Assembly: GCA_902623685.1 (NCBI GenBank) | Contig: CACNUQ010000005.1 | Span: 44-64,043, forward strand | Direction of reading: 5' to 3' | DNA: 64,000 nucleotides | Source: an uncultured SAR86 cluster bacterium | GTDB taxonomy: Bacteria; Pseudomonadota; Gammaproteobacteria; Magnimaribacterales; D2472 | In this document: positions 48,168-56,412 of the stretch, in pieces | Layout of the letters: each line of letters begins with the position of its first letter | Position numbering within the stretch: position 1 is the stretch's first letter | Translations under genes and position numbers: made by a program | The notes under the pieces: generated by a model | Told to the model about the DNA's origin: nothing | What the model saw: the letters and a program-made list of their open reading frames with translations, nothing else | Database searches by the model: none

Positions 48168-48833
48168 ATGAGTGACAATAAAAATATCAGAGATATAGGC
48201 ACTTTTTTTAACGGTTATGCTGCCGAATTTTCAAGCATTTACTTAGAAGATGAAAGACCTAGAAGTTTGTTTAACAAAGTAATGGACAGACTTTTTAGAA
48301 AGGATATAGAAACACGTCTTGTTGATAGCCTCAATCATATGAGAAAAGATTCAATTAAAACGGTTCTAGACATTGGATGTGGCCCTGGCCACTTGGTTGT
48401 TAAATTACTAGAGCTTAATAAAGATGTTACAGCCCTAGACATAGCCCCGAATATGTTAGAGATTACTCAGATGAGAGTCGATTCAATGAAATTAGAGTCA
48501 AATTTTAAGACTATCTTAGCTGATTATTCAGAACATGAATTTGATGAAAAATTTGACGCAATATCAGTCATGGGCTTTTTTGACTATGTTGAAGACCCTG
48601 TCAGTGTTCTAAAAAAATTATTAAATGATGCTTCAAAAGAAATATATATTTCAATACCAGGCGATAAAGGCTTTTTAGCTTGGCAGCGAAAAGTAAGATA
48701 TAAGAGAAGAAATTGCCCTCTTTATTTATATTCAAAAGAGTCTTTAGAGCAGTATCTAAAAGATGCAGGTTGTTTAGAGATGACAGAGATTGTCGATACT
48801 GAAAGAGGCTATTATCTTATTATTAGGAAGTAA
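48168..48833 (+). CDS. Class I SAM-dependent methyltransferase
   Basis: Motif I VLDIGCGPGH, and motif post-I ALDIAPNM. Confidence 0.75.
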   Translation: MSDNKNIRDIGTFFNGYAAEFSSIYLEDERPRSLFNKVMDRLFRKDIETRLVDSLNHMRKDSIKTVLDIGCGPGHLVVKLLELNKDVTALDIAPNMLEITQMRVDSMKLESNFKTILADYSEHEFDEKFDAISVMGFFDYVEDPVSVLKKLLNDASKEIYISIPGDKGFLAWQRKVRYKRRNCPLYLYSKESLEQYLKDAGCLEMTEIVDTERGYYLIIRK

Positions 48834-48901
48834 TTCTGAATAAGATCCCGTTTTATTTTTCGATAGATCTAGAGGATTTCACTTTTGATCTTACTCGCAC
48901 T

Positions 48902-49699
48902 ATGGGTCTAAAACCAAAAGTAAATTTTGAGGCTCTTAAACTTGGATATAAGCTTATAAATGAGTTTTGTAATAATAAATTAGATTCAAAGAAAATCACA
49001 TTTTTTACAACCGGAACGGTCGCAGAAACATTTCCTGAATTATTGCAACAAATTGCCAGTGATGGTCATGAGATCGCATGTCATTATCACTATCATGACT
49101 TGATGTTTAAGCAGTCAAATGAAGAGATTGATCAGAATCTTGCTCTAGCAAAGAATGCAATATTTAAAGCTTGTGGAGAAGAGCCAAAAGGCTTTAGGGC
49201 GCCTGTTTTTTCAATTCCCAAAGACAGAACTGACATTTTTCAAGTAATTGAAAAACATTTTGATTATGATTCAAGTTTTGTCTTATATTTAAACAAATTT
49301 AATAAAACAGATTACTTTCAAAATTCACCTTTCACACTTGAGAAGCTTAAAGAATTTCCGATAGTACCAAAACCTTTTTTTAATAAAAAAATAAGTATTA
49401 AATCTGGAGGAACATTCTTGCGTCTATACACTAAAGAAATGATGAAAGAAGTCATGTTATTTAATCATGAGCAAGGCTTTATACCTTTGGTATATATGCA
49501 TCCTTACGACTATCTTCAAAATAAAGAGTTTTGGGTTCCACTATCAGACTTTTTTAAATCAAAAAAACTTTCTAATTTTATTAAGTATCCTAGACAACTT
49601 CAGTGGACAGGTTTAAGAAATAAGACTGTTTTTCCAAAGCTTGAATACATATTGGAGACATTTGAGCATCAAGGCCCAATGTCTCAGCTTATAAGTTGA
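48902..49699 (+). CDS. Polysaccharide deacetylase-family (NodB-fold) protein. The true start is possibly upstream at a non-ATG codon.
   Basis: TFFTTGTVAE, HEIACHYHYHD and GFRAPVFS resemble the deacetylase family. The in-frame sequence just upstream (48836-48901) encodes LNKIPFYFSIDLEDFTFDLTRT, which looks like the family's N-terminal Asp motif. Confidence 0.6.
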   Translation: MGLKPKVNFEALKLGYKLINEFCNNKLDSKKITFFTTGTVAETFPELLQQIASDGHEIACHYHYHDLMFKQSNEEIDQNLALAKNAIFKACGEEPKGFRAPVFSIPKDRTDIFQVIEKHFDYDSSFVLYLNKFNKTDYFQNSPFTLEKLKEFPIVPKPFFNKKISIKSGGTFLRLYTKEMMKEVMLFNHEQGFIPLVYMHPYDYLQNKEFWVPLSDFFKSKKLSNFIKYPRQLQWTGLRNKTVFPKLEYILETFEHQGPMSQLIS

Positions 49700-50811
49700 G
49701 TAAATCATCTATAGTTTTTATATGCGGTAATGGGGATACCCTTTATCGTTTTCGTCTTGAGTTGATTAAGCGCTTTTTAGAAAAAGATTTCATAGTCCAT
49801 ACTTTTGCACCCGAAATTCCTGATGACTTTCTGGCTGAGCTAAAAACTCTCGGTGTTATTTATCATAATATCTCCTTTAAAAGAAAGACTGTAAATATTT
49901 TTGATACCCTTATAAGTATTTTCGATATTACAAAAAAATTAAGAATAATTAAGCCTAATATTGTTTTTTCATATACTCATAAATCTGTGATCGTTGGATC
50001 AATATGCTCCTTTTTTGCAGGAAGACTAAGATCCATATCGTTAATCACAGGAACAGGGCATATATTTGATAATGATAATTTTGTTCAAAAAATTAAAAGA
50101 TTTGTTGGGATTTTAGGATTTAAGATATCTCTTTTTTTTAGTGAAATTGTTTTTTTTCAAAACCCTGACGATCTAGATTTGTTTTGCTCTCTCGGAATGA
50201 CAAATAAATCAAAGGCAAAATTATTAAATGGATCTGGAGTTGATCTAAAAAAGTTTTCACCCGTGCCTTTAGTAAACAATGCAAATTTTTTATGCATGTC
50301 TCGCCTTATAAAGTCAAAAGGTTTACTAGATTATGCTAAGGCAGCAAAAATAGTAAAAAATCTCTATCCCAGTGCTAGATTTCTCCTTTATGGTTTTCCT
50401 GATGACCATGAGGATTCACTAGATGAATCAGAAATAATTAATACTTGGAAAGATAAATATGGAGTAGAATATTTTGGTTTTACAAATGATCCAGTTGAAA
50501 CAATTTCTCAATGCAGTGTCTATGTTTTGCTATCTTATAATGAAGGAACTCCTAGAAGCGTTCTAGAAGCAATGTCAATGTCGAGACCAATCATCACCAC
50601 AGATGTTCCTGGATGTAGAGAAACTGTTGAAAACGGCAAAAATGGTTTCTTAGTAAATGTAAAAGACCCTCAAAGTGCAGCTGAAGCTATGATAAAACTT
50701 ATAGACTATGATTTGAGACTTGAAATGGGATCAAATTCAAGAAAGTTATGTGAAGAAAAATATGATGTGCACTTAGTAAATAATGAAATTTTTTCGACTC
50801 TAAAAATATAA
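49696..50811 (+). CDS. Glycosyltransferase family 4 (GT-B, Glycos_transf_1)
   Basis: The C-terminal EGTPRSVLEAMSMSRPIITTDVPGCRETVENGKNGFLV is the EX7E-type GT4 signature. TTG start overlaps the upstream stop. Confidence 0.85.
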   Translation: MSKSSIVFICGNGDTLYRFRLELIKRFLEKDFIVHTFAPEIPDDFLAELKTLGVIYHNISFKRKTVNIFDTLISIFDITKKLRIIKPNIVFSYTHKSVIVGSICSFFAGRLRSISLITGTGHIFDNDNFVQKIKRFVGILGFKISLFFSEIVFFQNPDDLDLFCSLGMTNKSKAKLLNGSGVDLKKFSPVPLVNNANFLCMSRLIKSKGLLDYAKAAKIVKNLYPSARFLLYGFPDDHEDSLDESEIINTWKDKYGVEYFGFTNDPVETISQCSVYVLLSYNEGTPRSVLEAMSMSRPIITTDVPGCRETVENGKNGFLVNVKDPQSAAEAMIKLIDYDLRLEMGSNSRKLCEEKYDVHLVNNEIFSTLKI

Positions 50812-50825
50812 CAAATATTTGTGAT

Positions 50826-51665
50826 TTATTTTTTGTAGCCTAATGCGCACCAATATGGAGCGTTATGTTCATCAAATATTATCTCACCCAGTCCTGAAGC
50901 CTCCATCATTTGACGTATTTCTTCTTTGGTAAATCTGTGTTCAAGCTTTGTTCCAAACCTGTCTAGAGAGTCAGTACGCATTGTATAAAATGTTTTTTTT
51001 CTGTAATCGCTTAATGGCCAACTTTTTACAGGGAGGCCAATATACTCAATGACATTTCCAAGTCTTGCTATAGGCAGATATATTAGAATTGCAATAAAAA
51101 AAGTTATAAATAATTTTAGCTTATATGGAAGATTGCAAATTATTTGTCTAAAAATATCTGATATTTTCCATAAGTAGAAATACCAAAAAGGCTGGTTATC
51201 AAATTTATAATAAATATACAAAAGAAACGGACTGCCATTTTTTAGTTTTTTAACACAATCATTTAATGCAGTTTGAGTATCTGGAATATGATGTAAAACA
51301 CCCAAACAATAACCAAAATCTAGAGAATTGTCTGGGATTGAATTTTCTGAGATATCTGCTTTTTCGAATGATAAATTTTGAAATTTTTTTTCGAGATTTT
51401 CTCTAGCCACATCTATTGCAGCAGAAGGGTCTATACAATACATTTTTTTTACATAAGGTGCCAGGGCAGGGACCCATCTTCCTGAGCCACAACCAAAATC
51501 AGCCCCAACACTTTCATTGTTTACTTTATTAAAAGGAAAAATTCTAAAATAACTTTTTATGCCTTTTTCTAGATCTTCTTTAGATAGGTCGCTTTGAGTA
51601 AATGATTTCCATTCATTGCCAAAGTCATCAACTACATTTTGGTCAATATTTTTTTTCTGATTCAT
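50826..51665 (-). CDS. Class I SAM-dependent methyltransferase with a hydrophobic C-terminal extension
   Basis: Motif I ADFGCGSGRW, CIDPS, and LGVLHHIPD. Two hydrophobic segments follow the methyltransferase core. Confidence 0.75.
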   Translation of the reverse strand: MNQKKNIDQNVVDDFGNEWKSFTQSDLSKEDLEKGIKSYFRIFPFNKVNNESVGADFGCGSGRWVPALAPYVKKMYCIDPSAAIDVARENLEKKFQNLSFEKADISENSIPDNSLDFGYCLGVLHHIPDTQTALNDCVKKLKNGSPFLLYIYYKFDNQPFWYFYLWKISDIFRQIICNLPYKLKLFITFFIAILIYLPIARLGNVIEYIGLPVKSWPLSDYRKKTFYTMRTDSLDRFGTKLEHRFTKEEIRQMMEASGLGEIIFDEHNAPYWCALGYKK

Positions 51666-51771
51666 TTTTCTAGAATAAGTATTCTAAAATCTATTTTAAC
51701 TTATATAAGATATAATCAGTTAAATATTCAAGCTATTTCTGTATAAATCTTGTTAATAATAAATTTTTGTC

Positions 51772-52482
51772 ATGAAAAAAGATAAGGAAAATTTTTATAA
51801 ATCTAAAAATCTTTTTTGTTTTTGGGCTGATAATAATCCAATGTCAAATACAAGAAAAAAATGTCTCGAGAGCCTCAAAAATACTGGAATGAATGTCAAA
51901 TTTCTTGATAAAAACGCAATTAACGAATGGATAGTAGATGATTATCCTTTTCATGAGGGATATGATGCTTTATCTGCAACTCATAAATCTGATTATCTTC
52001 GGGCATATTTCATGCATCATTATGGAGGAGGTTATACAGATATAAAATATTTAGATTATTCTTGGCTACCGGCATTTAAAAATTTAGTTGAATCTGATAA
52101 TTACATAGAGGGATATCCCGAGGTTGGCGTCATAGGTATTACAAGAAAAAAAGGCATGATATTTTTTATAAAGCATGCATTAAAAGTAAACAAATTAATT
52201 GGTTGCGGAGCTTTTTTATGTAAACCAAATACCCCCTTCACAAAGAGTTGGATAGATGGCGTTCATTCCATAATGGATAAAAAAATCGAAAAATTGAAAA
52301 ATAATCCAGCTTCAGGACCATTAGATTACATTAATATGAAGTTGGAGGATGGTTCTAGAAGCAAATATCCATTGACTCATTCAGCATTTAGTGGAGAGAA
52401 TTTTCATCCAGTATGCGTCAAGTTTATTGATAAGCTTGGTAGAAGCTTGCAGACACCAAACTTTAAACTTGAATATAAATAA
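51772..52482 (+). CDS. GT32 / capsular polysaccharide synthesis (Caps_synth)-like glycosyltransferase
   Basis: HKSDYLRAYFMHHYGGGYTDIK matches the sDxlRyxxLyxyGGxYxD motif of Gly_transf_sug/Caps_synth proteins. Confidence 0.6.
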   Translation: MKKDKENFYKSKNLFCFWADNNPMSNTRKKCLESLKNTGMNVKFLDKNAINEWIVDDYPFHEGYDALSATHKSDYLRAYFMHHYGGGYTDIKYLDYSWLPAFKNLVESDNYIEGYPEVGVIGITRKKGMIFFIKHALKVNKLIGCGAFLCKPNTPFTKSWIDGVHSIMDKKIEKLKNNPASGPLDYINMKLEDGSRSKYPLTHSAFSGENFHPVCVKFIDKLGRSLQTPNFKLEYK

Positions 52483-53691
52483 ATGTCAGACATTCAGCAG
52501 TTCAACCTAAATAAAATTTTTATAGCAATTCCATTAATTATAATTTTTTTTGCAAATATTTTTATCACTCAACTGAGAGGTTTATCTTTTATTGGCGAGA
52601 TTGCAATGATTGCAGGAGTTACTTCATTAATAGCTATCTTGATTGGTCACAGATCAGATATAGCAATTCTTTCAAATAGTGAAAATCGAGCTCTTCTAAA
52701 TCTTGCAGAAAGTATAAAAGGAATAGCTTTAATAATATTATTTTTAATCCCATTCTTATTTTTTTTATATTTTCTTGGAATAAAGATTGAGTACTTGCTT
52801 ATTGCAATTTTGTCTTGTGTTTTTGCTATAAATGATTCTGTCTCTTCTTTCTATATTAGAAATGGAAATTTTTATTTTTATTCTTTTTTTAAATCTATGC
52901 CTAGTTTAATTCTATTAATAAGTGCCTATTTCATAAATTCTCCCGAGATGTCATGGATTATAAGTTATCTCATTTCATTAATAATATTGTCTTTTCTAAC
53001 TTTTAATTTACTCAAAGATTCAAATTTAAAATTTAATTTTTTTTCTATTGCAAATTACTTAATAACAAAAATTGTTCCAACCATTACTGCTCTTATTTGT
53101 GCAACTGGAACAGTTTTTTGGCTTTTTATAATTACCTCAAAAACTGGTTCAGAGTCAGCAGGGATTTGGTCAAATGTATATAGAATTTTCTCTTTACCAT
53201 TAATTTTCTTAACTGCAACATACCTTCCCTTGGTACTTTTAAAATTAGGAGATTTAAAAAAAACTACAAAGAAAATAAATCACATGAATAAATTTTCAAT
53301 AATTTACATTTCACTAAGTTGCGCCATCGTATTTTTTGCTTTTATTGCTGGACCGGAAATTTTTATAAAATTTACTGGCAGTGATGTAAGGCTTTCAGTC
53401 TCATTATTAATAACAATGATAATGTTTGCTATATTTAAAAATTTTCTAGGTTATCACCAATCTTTTTTTCAAACTCTTCAGCTAGATTTTGTTTTGCTTA
53501 TAATCCTAATTCTTGAAATCATTGCTGCTGGAATAATTTATTTTTGGATTGAGGCAAATGAACTTCAAATTATCGTAAACTATATTTTTAGTATCACAGG
53601 AATTTGTGCATTCATTTTGTTAATTTTCTTGATAGGACTATCTGTAAAATATTACTTATTCAATCCCAACGATTCAATAGAATTAAAATGA
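52483..53691 (+). CDS. Polytopic membrane protein, probable Wzx-type oligosaccharide flippase
   Basis: 402 aa with about 12 hydrophobic helices in a glycan locus. There is no catalytic motif. The call rests on topology and context only. Confidence 0.45.
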   Translation: MSDIQQFNLNKIFIAIPLIIIFFANIFITQLRGLSFIGEIAMIAGVTSLIAILIGHRSDIAILSNSENRALLNLAESIKGIALIILFLIPFLFFLYFLGIKIEYLLIAILSCVFAINDSVSSFYIRNGNFYFYSFFKSMPSLILLISAYFINSPEMSWIISYLISLIILSFLTFNLLKDSNLKFNFFSIANYLITKIVPTITALICATGTVFWLFIITSKTGSESAGIWSNVYRIFSLPLIFLTATYLPLVLLKLGDLKKTTKKINHMNKFSIIYISLSCAIVFFAFIAGPEIFIKFTGSDVRLSVSLLITMIMFAIFKNFLGYHQSFFQTLQLDFVLLIILILEIIAAGIIYFWIEANELQIIVNYIFSITGICAFILLIFLIGLSVKYYLFNPNDSIELK

Positions 53692-53735
53692 AAATCATTA
53701 AAAAAAATTTGAAATTACTAGCAAGATAAAAATAA

Positions 53736-54905
53736 ATGATAATTAGTCTAATAATTCCAGCCCTAGGAAATCCTTTATCTCTCAAGAAGGTTATTAATGC
53801 AATACAAAAGCAGACTCTTCAACCAAATGAAATTGTAATTGTAGATTCTTCTCCTAATGATGAAGTTGAAAACCTAAGCCTGTCCTTTCAAGCACAATTA
53901 CCAATTAAATATTTTAGAGTTAAAAGTCTTTATCCTGGGGAGGCAAGAAATTTTGGAATTTCAAAGTCTGTAGGCGACATTATTGCAACATTAGACTCGA
54001 AAACTATTCCTAGAGAGGACTGGTTGGAAGAAAGCATTGAGAAAATAAATTCTGATGAGTATGAAATTTCTTTTGGTTCAACTACTTATAAAGCAAATCT
54101 ACCATTTCAGAAAGTTCTTAGAGCATGCATTTATGGAAAAAAAACCGTGCAGACTCTTCCAGGATCAGTTTTTTCTAGAGATACATTTTATAGAGTCGGT
54201 ACGTTTGCTGAGGGTACAAGAAGTGGAGAAGATTTAGAATGGAGAAATCGAGCAAAGAAAAAAGACATATCGATCTATACCCATCAAAAAGCCAAGTTGA
54301 TTTATACTGAAATTTCTAAGAACATCTTTCAAGAAATTAAAAGAGCCTTTATATATCAACTTCACGGAGCAAAACTGGATGTTCAGTTAAGAACTAGATT
54401 AGTGATATTTGGAATCGGAGTTCTAATGATAACTTTGCTAATTCCTCAATGGAATAATCTTGTTGGTTGGGAGTCGAGTAGATTTTATATTGCTAACATT
54501 ACAAAGAGTTATTTTTATTTTCTGAGCATCTTCACAATAATTTCTTTAGCAATTTTTCATAAATTTAATAAAGTTGCAAGAAATATATGGTTTAAATTTC
54601 TTTTTCTTTCAATATTTATTTTATCTTCTTTTTTTGTTTTTCAATGGAATGCTGCAATGGCTAATTGGGTTGAAGAATCTGTATATTATATTCCTCACAT
54701 TACAAAGATCTATTTGAGCCTCCTTTTTCTATCAGGAATTTTTTTTAGAGGTTTATACATACCAATATCTAGGGGTATTGCATTAAATTATATTTTTCCA
54801 ATCCGCTGGGTAGTAGTTGGATTGGTTGGAACAATCATTGATTTAGCAAAGTTTCCTGGTTATTTTATTGGTGCAATTTTTGGTTTAGCAAGATTGGCAA
54901 AATAG
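53736..54905 (+). CDS. Glycosyltransferase family 2 with a C-terminal multi-helix membrane domain
   Basis: LIIPALGNP...IVIVDSSPND (GT2 N-terminal pattern), DSKTIP, and GEDLEW. About five hydrophobic helices follow residue 215. Confidence 0.75.
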   Translation: MIISLIIPALGNPLSLKKVINAIQKQTLQPNEIVIVDSSPNDEVENLSLSFQAQLPIKYFRVKSLYPGEARNFGISKSVGDIIATLDSKTIPREDWLEESIEKINSDEYEISFGSTTYKANLPFQKVLRACIYGKKTVQTLPGSVFSRDTFYRVGTFAEGTRSGEDLEWRNRAKKKDISIYTHQKAKLIYTEISKNIFQEIKRAFIYQLHGAKLDVQLRTRLVIFGIGVLMITLLIPQWNNLVGWESSRFYIANITKSYFYFLSIFTIISLAIFHKFNKVARNIWFKFLFLSIFILSSFFVFQWNAAMANWVEESVYYIPHITKIYLSLLFLSGIFFRGLYIPISRGIALNYIFPIRWVVVGLVGTIIDLAKFPGYFIGAIFGLARLAK

Positions 54906-54913
54906 ATATATTA

Positions 54914-55807
54914 ATGAAAAAAAGATTATTTTTATTTTACTCATTCATCATTTTAATGCCTTTTTTATTGGGGATTTTATTAGAGTATAAAAGGCCAATT
55001 ATTTATCAAAATTTTTTAGACATCATCAAGAAGAACATTAGATCATTTGAAATCAGAAATAATTATCCAAAAAATCTTTGCAACATCTCTTCCCTGTCAA
55101 CATTACCTTATGAGAGTAATTTAATAATTGGTCACTTGTATGGACATCCATCAGTTTCTGAAGAAAATCCTCTAGGAAAAATTAAAGATTTCATCTCTGA
55201 AAATAGAGAAAACTTAAAATCTGTAATTTTTACCGGAGATATCTTTAAAAATCCATCATATAAGAAATGGCTGGAATTAAAATCATTTCTAAACAAATTA
55301 GACATAAATTTTTATATAGCACCTGGCAATCATGATGTTGGAATTGAAAACGGTGCTGCCAGAGACTTATTCAAGTTAGTTTTTGATTTTAGATATCCTC
55401 AAGTAGTTAAATTTGAAAATGAAATTTTTATTTTTGAGGACACTACAATTAATAAATGGAACTTCAATGAAGAAACTCTTCAATTAATTGAAGAAAATTC
55501 ATCAGAAGAAATCTCTTTATATGTTTTTACTCACAATATAATTTTTGATGAGCTTTCAACATTTGCTAACTCTAGAGTAGGTAAACCTAAAAAATTATTA
55601 AAAGCACAATATTTATATAGCAAGATTCAAAATAAGTATAAGAGTGTCTCAATCATAAGTGGTGACACTGGTGCCTTTGATTTTATGCCATCAATGGCTT
55701 GTTATAGATTAAATAATCTTTTTGCTATTGCAAATGGTTTTGGAAATAGGGTGGAAAATGAAGTTTTAGTAATAAAAGATAATCAAATATTTAGTTATGT
55801 TCTGTAA
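54914..55807 (+). CDS. Calcineurin-like metallophosphoesterase with an N-terminal membrane anchor
   Basis: Motifs IIGHLYGH, FTGDIF, APGNHD and VFTHN, plus an N-terminal hydrophobic helix. Confidence 0.65.
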   Translation: MKKRLFLFYSFIILMPFLLGILLEYKRPIIYQNFLDIIKKNIRSFEIRNNYPKNLCNISSLSTLPYESNLIIGHLYGHPSVSEENPLGKIKDFISENRENLKSVIFTGDIFKNPSYKKWLELKSFLNKLDINFYIAPGNHDVGIENGAARDLFKLVFDFRYPQVVKFENEIFIFEDTTINKWNFNEETLQLIEENSSEEISLYVFTHNIIFDELSTFANSRVGKPKKLLKAQYLYSKIQNKYKSVSIISGDTGAFDFMPSMACYRLNNLFAIANGFGNRVENEVLVIKDNQIFSYVL

Positions 55808-55812
55808 TAATT

Positions 55813-56412
55813 TTATATTGATAAGTTTAGTAACTTGATGGCATTACAATACTTAGAAAATCGTCTTCTTTTTGAAGGGATAATATCAAGCAGATAATCT
55901 AAAGCTGTTTCTTTGGGAGCTTTAATTTCAATGACAGCATCTGTTTCACAAAAAGAATTACTGTTGCTAGCCAAATCAATATATTTTATTTGAGTATCAC
56001 AAGTAATTCTTACTTGTTTAAAAGTAAAATACTCTCTGTTATATGTTACTGAAACTTTTTTTTGAAGCTGCCCATAAAAATTATCAAAGTAGCCTATATT
56101 TGATATATATCTTTCTTCGCTATTAGATAATCTTGTTGTTTTTTTATATCTACCTTCTGCAGAAGAAATTTTTACCTCTAAAGAATATTCACTCAATTTT
56201 GAAAGTGGGTAATGACGTATTCTAATTTTTTTCCTGGGAAGAAGTCCCTCTTCAGAGTCTCTAAAAAGATTAAAATCAGCTGAATCATAATAGTCTGAAC
56301 TAATAATTCTTTTTGGATAAAGCATTTTTAAACCATCTTTTTCAAGATTAGAAATAAAATTTATTGCATCATTTAATGTCATGGGAATTTTTTCTTCTAT
56401 TCTGTAACTCAT
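55813..56412 (-). CDS. VTC / triphosphate-tunnel (TTM) domain protein, polyphosphate-polymerase-like
   Basis: 199 aa. N-terminal YRIEEKIP (ExExK-like tunnel motif), RIRHYP, LEVK and IEIK repeated basic/acidic beta-strand pattern typical of bacterial VTC-domain proteins. ATGA overlap with the upstream gene. Confidence 0.55.
   Translation of the reverse strand: MSYRIEEKIPMTLNDAINFISNLEKDGLKMLYPKRIISSDYYDSADFNLFRDSEEGLLPRKKIRIRHYPLSKLSEYSLEVKISSAEGRYKKTTRLSNSEERYISNIGYFDNFYGQLQKKVSVTYNREYFTFKQVRITCDTQIKYIDLASNSNSFCETDAVIEIKAPKETALDYLLDIIPSKRRRFSKYCNAIKLLNLSI

Noticed and set aside
50811-50822. Perfect 12-nt palindrome ACAAATATTTGT between the convergent GT4 and methyltransferase genes
   Set aside because: It has no loop, so it cannot form a stable terminator hairpin. 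It is short and AT-rich and is likely chance.
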